Positions 19,326-27,548 of a DNA stretch of 40,249 nt are shown piece after piece (the first letter of the stretch is position 1; every line of letters starts with the position of its first letter). Under the pieces are notes generated by a model. That model did not search any database and was not told the DNA's origin. It saw only the letters and a program-made list of their open reading frames with translations. Origin of the DNA: an uncultured bacterium (lineage in GTDB: Bacteria > Hydrothermota > Tepidihabitantia > Tepidihabitantales > Tepidihabitantaceae). The position numbers and the translations under genes are program-made. The DNA lies in contig CAZAKP010000005.1 in assembly GCA_964485845.1 (NCBI GenBank), positions 1-40,249 on the forward strand, written 5' to 3'.

Positions 19326-22300
19326 ATGTTCAAAGCATCCGCAGTGCTGTGCACCGTGTTCGCGCTCGCCGCCGTGGCCTTCGCAAGCACCACGATCGGC
19401 CCGAGTGCGATTCCGGCCGCGAGACCCGCGCCCGGCCCCGTTCCGTCTGCCCGGTCGGTGACCGAAGCGGGAAACGCCGGCCCGGTCGTCCATTGGGAGC
19501 ATTTCTACGACCGGAACGGGAACCCGCTGCCCGACCGTGAAGGTCTTGACGTGGGCGCCGAGTCGCTCTTTTTCAAGAAGTACAACCAGTTGAATGACCT
19601 TTACGGCTGTCCGAAGGCGCAGGTGCCTAATCCGAACCCGGGCGTCTGCCGCAGCGGGTTCTCCTTCCTGCATGAACAAACCGTGGCCGCGATGGACCCG
19701 GCCGGCACCTATATCTATGAGGTGCACAATACCACGTTGCGTCGGCACAGTACGACCGACGGCAGCCACACCGATTACACCATCTCCAACGGGTACCAGG
19801 GCTGCGCGACCGACGGGCAGTTCGTTTACGCGCCGGTCGATAACGTCGTGTACAAGTACACGCTGGACGGGACGCTCGTGAGTTCGACAACCATCAGTAT
19901 TACCCCGATATGGTACGAGTTCTCGGTAGCGAATGATACGCTCTGGTGCGGCGCGGACAACAGCACGATGAGTGGCTATGCCTGCGCCAGGTTTGCCGGC
20001 GGCTCGATCACGGCTGACGCGACCTGGGACGTCGGGTCGGGCAGCATTCACCCCAGCGGAGTTGCCTGGGACGGTCAATACTACTACGTGATCTGGCTGG
20101 GTAGCACGTCCAACACCTTCAAGCGGTTCAACCCCAACCGGACGCTTTCGGCATCCGGGACCGCGGCCATGGACCCGCGCGGGCTTTTCTGCCGGCAGCC
20201 CTACCGGCGCCAGACGAGTCAGGATTCGCTGTACTGGAAGAGCTTCTACAGCGCGACCGACATCTATTCATCGCCCAAGGCGCAGGACGTGACCCCGGCC
20301 CAGCCGACGCCGATACCCTGGCAGGACCAGCAGTCGGTGCCGGGCATGACCCCGGACGGGCACTACCTGTTCGAAGTCAATGGCACGAACCTGCGGCGCA
20401 CCGACCTGAGGGCCGGCGCGGTGATTAACTACACGCTCGGAAATGGCAGCTATGGGTCGTGCGGGTGCGACGCTGAGTTCGTCTATGTCCCGAGCGGCAC
20501 AACGGTAAGGAAGTATACGCTGGATGGCGGGCTCGTGAGCGCGACTACGACCAACCACCAGCCGATCGGCGGCGGTAACTACGGTTTCGGCGTTGCCAAC
20601 GACACCGTCTGGTTCACCGACAGCTACGCAGGCACGACCTGGTACGGCTACGCCTGTTCGAAGTTTGCGGGTGGCAGCATCACCCACGACGCAACCTGGA
20701 CCACGGACGGCGACGACGCCACGGCGATGAACGTCGCCTTTGATGGCCAGTATTACTACATGTGCTGGGGCGGGCACAGCGACAACAAGCTCATGCGCTT
20801 CTACCGCGACCGGACGCTCTATTCGAGCGGGACGACGTACATCGACTCGCGCGGCGTCTGGTGCAAGGCGATCTGTCCGCTGATGATAGTGTCGACCGAC
20901 GAACAGAGCCTCAGGGTCGAACTGGCCGAAACGCTCCGGGTTACGGGTGGCGGCGTGCTCGATCGGGTCGGGACGTACAGCGTCCAGTCGAACGCGACCT
21001 TCCCGGCCACGGAATGGTACAACGACGGCTGCCGTGTTATCCTCGAATTCTCCGGCGGACCCATTCCCTCGTCCCCGGTTCTCATCGGTGACAGCCTGGC
21101 CCGGTTTGTCGACCTCGGCGGGCGGGTGGTCACGACGATGTGGGCCGACCACAGCGGTAACCTCGCCGGCCGCTTCGTGAACCAGTACATGCCATTCACG
21201 ATGCAGACCCAGACGACCGGCCCCGACAGCCTTGGCCTGGTGCACGACCCGATCCATCCGTTAATTGACGGCGTGACCGCGTTGAGCGTAACGAACTACA
21301 TCACCGGCAATACCCACTCGACGCTTAGGAGCCCGAACTGCGTCTGTCTGGCCGAATGGACCACGGGCAACCGTGCGGTCGCCGCCTACCTCGACAGCGC
21401 GGGCGTCAGGCTCGCGTCGCTGGGCTACGTTCCGTTCCGGACCTACTCCGGCGGGACCGGCCAGTGGGCGAAGCTGCTCGCCAACGCAATTCTCTGGGTG
21501 GGACCCTGGCTGCCCGCGGTCGGCGTGACCGCGCCCGCTACCGGGAACTTCTGGTATGCCGGCGGCACCTACGATATCGCCTGGACCGCGGACAACGGGC
21601 CGATTGTTAAGGACTCGGTTGTCTACAGCCAGGACAACGGCGCGAGCTGGGACTTTGTCGACACCTACGTGGGGTCGCGGACGAGCTGCGCCTGGACCGT
21701 CCCCAACACCCCGAGCACGGACTGCTATGTCCGGGTTTTCACGTGGAACGCGCAGGGGCGGGCCTTCGGCAACTCGGGCAAGTTCGAAATCCGGGTGCCG
21801 GTCCGCGACGTCGGGGTGACCGAGATAATCCAGCCGCGCGACACGGTTGACTCGGGCACGGTGGTGACGCCAACCGCCGCGGTCGAGAACTCCGGCCAGA
21901 TTGGCGAGACCTTCACGGTGCGGCTCATCATCGGCAGCACCTACACGATGGACACGGTCGTCACCCTCGACGCTGGCGTGACTGACACCGTTTCCTTCCC
22001 GCAGTGGACGGCCGGGCCGGTCGGGACGGTTGCGCTCCGCTGCTCGACGCGGCTCGCCGAGGACGGGAACAACGCCAATGACCGCTGGAGCGGCAGCGTT
22101 GTGGTGAAGTCGCTCGGCGGGGTGGAAGAGAACGGCGTCCTGCCGCTTACTTTCGCGCTTCGCCAGCTCAGTCCGAATCCGACCGCCACGGGCGCGCACA
22201 TCCGCTACGACCTGCCGCGGCCGGCTCGGGTCGAGCTCAGCGTTTACGACGCAAGCGGCGCGCGTGTTCGGCGACTGGTGGACGAGGTACAGGCGGCCGG

Positions 22301-22424
22301 TTACCGCGAAGCCTGCTGGAACCGGTGCGACGAACGGGGCCGAACGGTCGCGCCCGGCGTCTACTACTGCCGGTTTGAGGCCGGCGGCTGCCACGCCACG
22401 CAGAAGCTCGTGGTCCGAAGGTAG
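19326..22424 (+). CDS. Large secreted modular protein: tandem ~221-aa repeat, CARDB-like domain, and FlgD-Ig/T9SS-like C-terminal domain
   Basis: SD GGGAGG before ATG 19326, signal peptide, internal duplication, RDVGVTEII (CARDB-like), and C-terminus PNP...IRYDLP...LSVYDASG.RVRRL...WN..DERG..VAPGVYY. Confidence 0.88.
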   Translation: MFKASAVLCTVFALAAVAFASTTIGPSAIPAARPAPGPVPSARSVTEAGNAGPVVHWEHFYDRNGNPLPDREGLDVGAESLFFKKYNQLNDLYGCPKAQVPNPNPGVCRSGFSFLHEQTVAAMDPAGTYIYEVHNTTLRRHSTTDGSHTDYTISNGYQGCATDGQFVYAPVDNVVYKYTLDGTLVSSTTISITPIWYEFSVANDTLWCGADNSTMSGYACARFAGGSITADATWDVGSGSIHPSGVAWDGQYYYVIWLGSTSNTFKRFNPNRTLSASGTAAMDPRGLFCRQPYRRQTSQDSLYWKSFYSATDIYSSPKAQDVTPAQPTPIPWQDQQSVPGMTPDGHYLFEVNGTNLRRTDLRAGAVINYTLGNGSYGSCGCDAEFVYVPSGTTVRKYTLDGGLVSATTTNHQPIGGGNYGFGVANDTVWFTDSYAGTTWYGYACSKFAGGSITHDATWTTDGDDATAMNVAFDGQYYYMCWGGHSDNKLMRFYRDRTLYSSGTTYIDSRGVWCKAICPLMIVSTDEQSLRVELAETLRVTGGGVLDRVGTYSVQSNATFPATEWYNDGCRVILEFSGGPIPSSPVLIGDSLARFVDLGGRVVTTMWADHSGNLAGRFVNQYMPFTMQTQTTGPDSLGLVHDPIHPLIDGVTALSVTNYITGNTHSTLRSPNCVCLAEWTTGNRAVAAYLDSAGVRLASLGYVPFRTYSGGTGQWAKLLANAILWVGPWLPAVGVTAPATGNFWYAGGTYDIAWTADNGPIVKDSVVYSQDNGASWDFVDTYVGSRTSCAWTVPNTPSTDCYVRVFTWNAQGRAFGNSGKFEIRVPVRDVGVTEIIQPRDTVDSGTVVTPTAAVENSGQIGETFTVRLIIGSTYTMDTVVTLDAGVTDTVSFPQWTAGPVGTVALRCSTRLAEDGNNANDRWSGSVVVKSLGGVEENGVLPLTFALRQLSPNPTATGAHIRYDLPRPARVELSVYDASGARVRRLVDEVQAAGYREACWNRCDERGRTVAPGVYYCRFEAGGCHATQKLVVRR

Positions 22425-22441
22425 CGGACAATAGTCTCCTT

Positions 22442-22468
22442 AAAGGGCGGGCTTCGGCCCGCCCTTTT
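22442..22468 (+). terminator. Intrinsic terminator
   Basis: AAAGGGCGGGC-TTCG-GCCCGCCCTTTT. Confidence 0.9.
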
Positions 22469-22588
22469 GCTCGTGCCCGGCCGGATGTAACACGCCGTGC
22501 GCGAACGCCCCGCTCCGCACCGGTCAAGTGACGCGTTTTTCCGATTGTCTACACCTGCTACCAGCGGCGAGGAGCCCACCTCCGGCTC

Positions 22589-22604
22589 TGGCACGGTTCA
22601 TGCA
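22589..22604 (+). promoter_or_regulatory. sigma54 (-24/-12) promoter candidate
   Basis: TGGCACGGTTCATGCA, with GG and GC 12 nt apart; consensus is TGGCACG-N4-TTGCW. Confidence 0.6.
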
Positions 22605-22671
22605 GCCCGGAGCGGTCGAGAGGGAAGATGGACGACTTTACATCGGGTGATTGTCAAGCGCAGGGGAGGCG

Positions 22672-22884
22672 ATGCCACTTCTGAACACCTCGGGCTGGAA
22701 GCACAACTGGCAGGCCGAAGCCGGTGGCATCTTCACGCTGCTCAGCCTGTTCCTGACCATCCAGCAGATTATCCTGGTAGAAGCCGGCGACGGCCCGAAG
22801 CCGCGTGAAGCCTACCTCCCGATGTTCGTGCCCGCCCTCCTCTTCTCACTACTACATCTCTACGGAAGGTTTATCCGGAAGTAG
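22672..22884 (+). CDS. Small 2-TM hypothetical protein (70 aa)
   Basis: SD GGGGAGG, ATG 22672, two hydrophobic helices. Confidence 0.65.
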   Translation: MPLLNTSGWKHNWQAEAGGIFTLLSLFLTIQQIILVEAGDGPKPREAYLPMFVPALLFSLLHLYGRFIRK

Positions 22885-23099
22885 CTTCACGCGCCGCGAA
22901 GGACCGCATCCGGCCGCCTGCGGCCCGCGCATTGACGCGCTCCGAATCAGTTGCCGGGCTTACGGACCCTGACCGCGGTCCCGTACATCTGCAGACAGAA
23001 GAACTGGCACCCGTTGGTGTTCAGGTCGACGTCCTGGTTCATGCCGGCCACGGGGTCGGCTCGTTCACATCGGACCTCTTCACAGTTACAGGAAGTGTA

Positions 23100-23400
23100 T
23101 TCAGAAACCAGAGACGAGGATGCAATGCTGACTGCAGAACGGAGAGGTCAAAATGCAGAATGGCGGGACGAGACGGGAATCTCGGATAATCCAGAGCCCG
23201 GAATCCAGAACGCAGAGCTGGTGGGCGGGGAATGCATCAGGGCAAATGAGCTGACGGCATACGGCTGACGGCCATGCCACGGAGCCAAGGTCGAAGCCCG
23301 ACGCTCCAGTGACGATTGAAAGGCGAAACTCGAATGACCTCAATGCCGGCCGCTAATCAAGCAGGAATTCGAAAGCCAGAATCCAGAATGCAGAGTTACC
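23100..23400. repeat. Heptamer-periodic degenerate repeats
   Basis: CCAGAAT/GCAGAAT/CCAGAGC-type units, e.g. GCCAGAATCCAGAATGCAGAG; same family as 1998-2140. Confidence 0.6.
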
Positions 23401-23654
23401 GGGCGGTGGGGCTCTGATCGAGAACGGGCCAACGGCTCACGGCTGTCAGCGGAGTGCAGGCCGAAGTTGCGGCAGTCGAGGCCGGGCGAGTCGTGAAGAT
23501 GAGGTGGTTGGCGGTCGTATAGGCCGGGACCGGGGCCACAATTCTGCCGTCCACTCCTCGGCCCACCGGCCGCCTTGGGGGCAGCATCTGTCCATGGAAG
23601 AAGTCATGAGTCAGAAGGCAAAAGTGAGATGCCAATTCCGAGTACATCAAGCCG

Positions 23655-23850
23655 AAGAACGTCGCGAACAACTGCCGGAACAACGACCGGTACGACTTCG
23701 CGAACAACCCGCGGTACGGCGGCGGATTCAGGTCTAGGTAGAGGTCGAGATAGAACGAACGAGGCAACCGGCGATGCGGGTGAGTATCCAGCGCACGATA
23801 TGACCGCCGGTACTTCGCACGGAACAGCGTGGGGTATTTCGCGAGGCTAG
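23655..23850. repeat. Degenerate 12-bp periodic repeat
   Basis: CGCGAACAACTG CCGGAACAACGA CCGGTACGACTT CGCGAACAACCC GCGGTACGGCGG. Confidence 0.55.
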
Positions 23851-24090
23851 ACCGAGCGTGGCGCCAAGTCCAGACAAGAGATACCGCCGTCTCAAACGTC
23901 TGGACATCGGCCGCGCCGTGACCGTTAACGGCTGGCTGCCGCCGGCGACAGCCGGCAGCTACCTGGAAGTGGACTTGCCCTGGACCGGGCGCCGCCGGAC
24001 AGCTTGTGGGGATGTCGGGGACAGCCGGGCTTTGGACAATCGGGAGTCACACCAATTCGGGCCGGCGACGGTCCAGAGCCAGCCGAAGGT

Positions 24091-24124
24091 AAAAACCGGC
24101 GCGGCCCCGTTGAGGGCCGCGCCG
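24091..24124 (-). terminator. Intrinsic terminator of the candidate ncRNA
   Basis: CGGCGCGGCCC-TCAACG-GGGCCGCGCCG-GTTTTT. Confidence 0.85.
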
Positions 24125-24376
24125 AGGGGGTCACGCCTCGCATTCAATCGGTCAGAACGACCTTCGCGGTCGAGGACGAACCGCGGCCGGCCAATCGGCA
24201 AAGACACGTTTGGGCCGTCCCATCCGGCTTCCATCCAGTCAGGCTGGCAGCCGAGGGCGCGTTGACCGTGACGACGCCGCTGACCAAGGGGAAGTGCGGA
24301 ACGGATGGTTCACGAACAGCCTCCGTCAGGCACTTGGGACGCTCGCGGTCCCCTGCCAGGGACCGCGTGTCTCGCC
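24091..24376 (-). ncRNA. Candidate structured non-coding RNA (family not recognised)
   Basis: Has its own promoter and terminator, no credible ORF, and nested complementary segments (see findings). Confidence 0.6.
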
Positions 24377-24381
24377 AAGAA

Positions 24382-24409
24382 ATTGTACCCCCCTGCCGGC
24401 CGAAGTCAA
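24382..24409 (-). promoter_or_regulatory. sigma70-type promoter of the candidate ncRNA
   Basis: TTGACT-N16-TACAAT, with no start codon immediately downstream. Confidence 0.75.
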
Positions 24410-24682
24410 CCCGCAGGCCGAACCGCGCTGGACGGACCCTGAATCCGATATTGAACCACAGAGTTCCTGGCGCGCGTCGGACGCGCAAGTCGAACTGTGA
24501 AATGCAGATGTTGAAAGTCAAAATGCCCCGAAGACCGCAAACTGCACGAACCCGGCGACTGTGGAGTCGCGGGACATCCACAGACCTCACAGATTCGCAC
24601 AGACTCGGAAGAAAGGTTGAGGTTGAGAAGGAGGACCTGAGATCTTACGTAGTCGGTGTAATCGGTGGACGAGAGAACCGGC

Positions 24683-26266
24683 TTACCGGACCAGGACGAA
24701 GCGAGATGAGAGCCCGGCGGATCGTACGTAGTAGACGCCGGGAGCGGAGGGCACTCCACTTCCGTCGCGGCCGTCCCAGGTCAGCAACGAGCCTCTACCC
24801 AGCCTGCGCACGAGGCGGCCGGCCGCGTTGTAGACTGACACAGCCTGAGCCACAGCGGAGAGGGAGATGCGCACCGGAGCCCGGCCGACGCTGGGCACGA
24901 TGGACACAACAGGTACCGGGCGAGCGGTTGGTGGTTCTTCGGCAATGCCCGCCGGCATGGCGCCCGCCCACTTGGCGATGGTGGCGACAACCGCCTTGAC
25001 CATCTCCGTGTACATCGGCAGGTTGTTCGTCCCGCAGTCGGCGTAGTGGAACGGGCCGATTGTGTCGCCGGCCGAATGATAGTTTGGGGTCTTGTCGTGG
25101 TAGCGACCACGGATGGCGAGATATCCGTATTTCCAGAACGAATACTCGTCGGAGGTCGAAACGTCGATGACAGTATCCTTCACCTGCAGGCTCGTGAACG
25201 TATCCGCCTGGGCGAGGAAGAACTGGGCCAGCGATTCGGTCTGGGGGTAACTGGTCGTGTGAACCACGGTCAGGGAGTCATCGCGGCCGTACGAGATCAT
25301 GTCAGAGTTGAACGCAGCGAGGATCGAGTCTCCCCGCAGCCAGCACTTGTAGAGGAAGCTATCGGAGCCCCACAGCCCCCATTCCTCGGCCGAAAAGCCG
25401 ATGAACCAGACCGTGCTCGCGAAGTCCACGTCCGCGCAAACGCGCGCCACTTCGAGCACCAGCCCGCATCCGGAGGCGTTGTCGTCCGACCCGGGAGCCC
25501 AGTTGTACGGGTCCTGCCACGACGTGGCGTCGATGTGAGCGGTGACGGCAAAGATGTGCTGCGGATTGACCTTGCCGAAGCGGATTCCGACTGCGTTCGG
25601 CGCATAGCCGCTCCGGAATCCAGCCGGGTAGGTGCTATCGCAGCCATACGCCGCGAACTGCTCGAGCATCCAGCCCACCGCGCTGTAGCAGGATTCGGTC
25701 GGGGCGTAGCGGGTCTGGAAGGCGATCATCCGCCGCAGCCGAGCCTCCAGCGAGTCCTGGCTCACGCGGTTCACGAGCGTCCATATCAGGCTGTCCGGCA
25801 CCGGCTCTGCCCGGGGAACAGGGGCAGCGGCGGTACGTGGCTCCGGGATGTACATCGGCCGCATCGAGACCCGGTACAGTTCCACGGGTAGGCGGTTCAG
25901 CCCGAGGATGCCGTCCTCGGTGGTTCGCAGCAGCACGCCCTCCGGGTCCGCGGTGAGGACTGAGCCGCACCCGGACAGCCGGGTACGGTCGAAGCCCGGT
26001 TCGACGAAGACAAAGACGTAGTGCTTCTGCCCAGGGTTCTGGTCGAGCACCGTGCAGCCGAAGCGGTCTTCCAGCCGGGCGAAGCCGGGCTGGTCCGTGC
26101 GCGCGATGCACCAGCCGTCGAACCGGGCAAGCAAGTCGGCGCCGGTGGCAACCACTTCCGCCAGGTCCTCGTTGGAGGAGCGGTTGACCCGGACCAAGAG
26201 GTCAGTTCCGGCAGCCGCGGCGGTGCCGAAGGAAAGCGCGAGGAGCGTCGCGAACAACCGCATCAT
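24683..26266 (-). CDS. Secreted M28-family metallopeptidase with FlgD-Ig-like C-terminus
   Basis: Signal peptide; Zn ligands AHID, GSDDNASG, SAEEWGLWGS, NSDMI and YH; C-terminus YNAAGRLVRRL..WDGRD..G..APGVYY. Promoter TTGACA(26297)-N16-TAACAT favours ATG 26263. Confidence 0.92.
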   Translation of the reverse strand: MMRLFATLLALSFGTAAAAGTDLLVRVNRSSNEDLAEVVATGADLLARFDGWCIARTDQPGFARLEDRFGCTVLDQNPGQKHYVFVFVEPGFDRTRLSGCGSVLTADPEGVLLRTTEDGILGLNRLPVELYRVSMRPMYIPEPRTAAAPVPRAEPVPDSLIWTLVNRVSQDSLEARLRRMIAFQTRYAPTESCYSAVGWMLEQFAAYGCDSTYPAGFRSGYAPNAVGIRFGKVNPQHIFAVTAHIDATSWQDPYNWAPGSDDNASGCGLVLEVARVCADVDFASTVWFIGFSAEEWGLWGSDSFLYKCWLRGDSILAAFNSDMISYGRDDSLTVVHTTSYPQTESLAQFFLAQADTFTSLQVKDTVIDVSTSDEYSFWKYGYLAIRGRYHDKTPNYHSAGDTIGPFHYADCGTNNLPMYTEMVKAVVATIAKWAGAMPAGIAEEPPTARPVPVVSIVPSVGRAPVRISLSAVAQAVSVYNAAGRLVRRLGRGSLLTWDGRDGSGVPSAPGVYYVRSAGLSSRFVLVR

Positions 26267-26316
26267 GCTATGTTAGACCAGCCGTGATGTATGTCAATAG
26301 CGGGTGCCGTCGCGGC

Positions 26317-26344
26317 TTGCATCGGCCTCGGGCCGGGCTATACT
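26317..26344 (+). promoter_or_regulatory. sigma70-type promoter of metF-metH
   Basis: TTGCAT-N16-TATACT. Confidence 0.65.
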
Positions 26345-26348
26345 GGCA

Positions 26349-26434
26349 GCGCATCAGGAGCGGCCGGCGGCCCTGGTTGGCCTGCCGGCACGGCAACCGA
26401 GCTTGAAGGTGCTACGGTGCCCGGACCGATGCGG
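26349..26434 (+). promoter_or_regulatory. SAM riboswitch (SAM-I clan, SAM-IV or SAM-I/IV-like)
   Basis: P1 CGCATC/GATGCG, junction ATCAGGAG, P2 CCGGCGGCC/GGCCTGCCGG, P3 core GGCAACC...GGTGCT; lies upstream of methionine genes. Confidence 0.85.
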
Positions 26435-26594
26435 GAAGTGCGAATGCCGAACGCCGAGTGCCGAACTTCGTCGTTCGGAGTTCTGCCTTCGTGCTTCCGA
26501 ATGGTCCGATGCGGCCGGCCAGGCAAAAGGACCTTCTCGCGCGCGTGCCGCCGGATGCAGAGGCGGCTTTCGTTTTGCCGCCCGAGGAGCTGAC

Positions 26595-27548
26595 TTGCAC
26601 ATAACGGAGCTTATGGCGGCGCGGAAGCGGCCGCTGGTATCAATCGAGATTACTCCGCCCGAAAAAGGGCGGTCGATTTCCGAGCTGTTCGGCTCGGTGG
26701 ACCAGTTGCTGCCGTTCAACCCGACGTTCATCACGGTCACCTATCATCAGCAGCGGATTGTCTACGAGGAACCCGTGCCCGGCCAGATCAGGAAGGTCCC
26801 GCGGCGCAAGAACCCGGGCACCGTGGGTATCTGCGCCGCCATCTATAACCGGTACAAGATTGAGACCGTGCCGCACATCATCTGCGGCGGGTTTGACAAG
26901 TACGAGACCGAAGACGCGCTGATTGACCTGCAGTACCTTGGCTTCAAGAATCTGTTCGTGTTGCGCGGCGACCCGGCGCCGGGACAGAAGGAGTTCGTGC
27001 CCGAGCCGAACGGTCACCGGTTCGCGTCGGAGCTCATTGCCCAGATAGCCGCGATGAACCACGGTCACTATCTTGAGGATTTGGACAACGCGGCGCCGAC
27101 CGATTTCTGCCTCGGGGTCGCCGGGTATCCGGAAAAACACTACGAGGCGCCGAACCGGGCCGACGACCTGCGCCACCTCAAGGAAAAGGTAGACGCCGGG
27201 GCCGATTACATCATCACCCAGATGGTGTTCGCGGCGCGGCCGTTCCTCGATTTCGTGGACCGGGCGCGCGCCATCGGCATCAAGGTTCCGACAATTCCCG
27301 GTATCAAGCCGGTAACCAATGCGCGGCAGCTTGTCACGATTCCGCGCGAGTTCCACGTCGACCTGCCCGAGGAGCTGGTCTCCCGCATCACGCGCGCGGC
27401 GACGCCCGCCGACGCGGCCCGCGTCGGGGTCGAGTTCACCACCCGCCTCTGCCGCGAACTGCTGAGGAACGATGTGCCCGGGTTGCACTTCTACACGATG
27501 GGCAGGGGCCGAGCAACCGCCGACGTCCTGAAGGCGACTTTCATTTGA
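26595..27548 (+). CDS. metF: 5,10-methylenetetrahydrofolate reductase
   Basis: SIEITPP, FITVTY, LRGDP, VAGYPEKH, KVDAGADYIITQM, LHFYTM. TTG start after SD GAGGAG. Confidence 0.95.
   Translation: MHITELMAARKRPLVSIEITPPEKGRSISELFGSVDQLLPFNPTFITVTYHQQRIVYEEPVPGQIRKVPRRKNPGTVGICAAIYNRYKIETVPHIICGGFDKYETEDALIDLQYLGFKNLFVLRGDPAPGQKEFVPEPNGHRFASELIAQIAAMNHGHYLEDLDNAAPTDFCLGVAGYPEKHYEAPNRADDLRHLKEKVDAGADYIITQMVFAARPFLDFVDRARAIGIKVPTIPGIKPVTNARQLVTIPREFHVDLPEELVSRITRAATPADAARVGVEFTTRLCRELLRNDVPGLHFYTMGRGRATADVLKATFI

Noticed and set aside
23655-23850. 12-bp periodic tract as CRISPR or CDS (23396-23767, 23575-23850)
   Set aside because: Degenerate short period without spacers; the translations are repeat artefacts.
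24197-24376. Cobalamin riboswitch or retron msr-msd interpretation
   Set aside because: GGGGAAGTGCGG on the + strand lacks the GCCCCCGC-ACTGT core and B12 box, and there is no reverse transcriptase in the window.
24004-24999. 331-aa + strand ORF across the ncRNA candidate
   Set aside because: Arg-rich noise that crosses a terminator, repeats and the end of the M28 gene.
26304-26594. Long N-terminal extension of MetF in the ORF track
   Set aside because: It spans the promoter and SAM riboswitch; SD plus TTG 26595 matches the family N-terminus.
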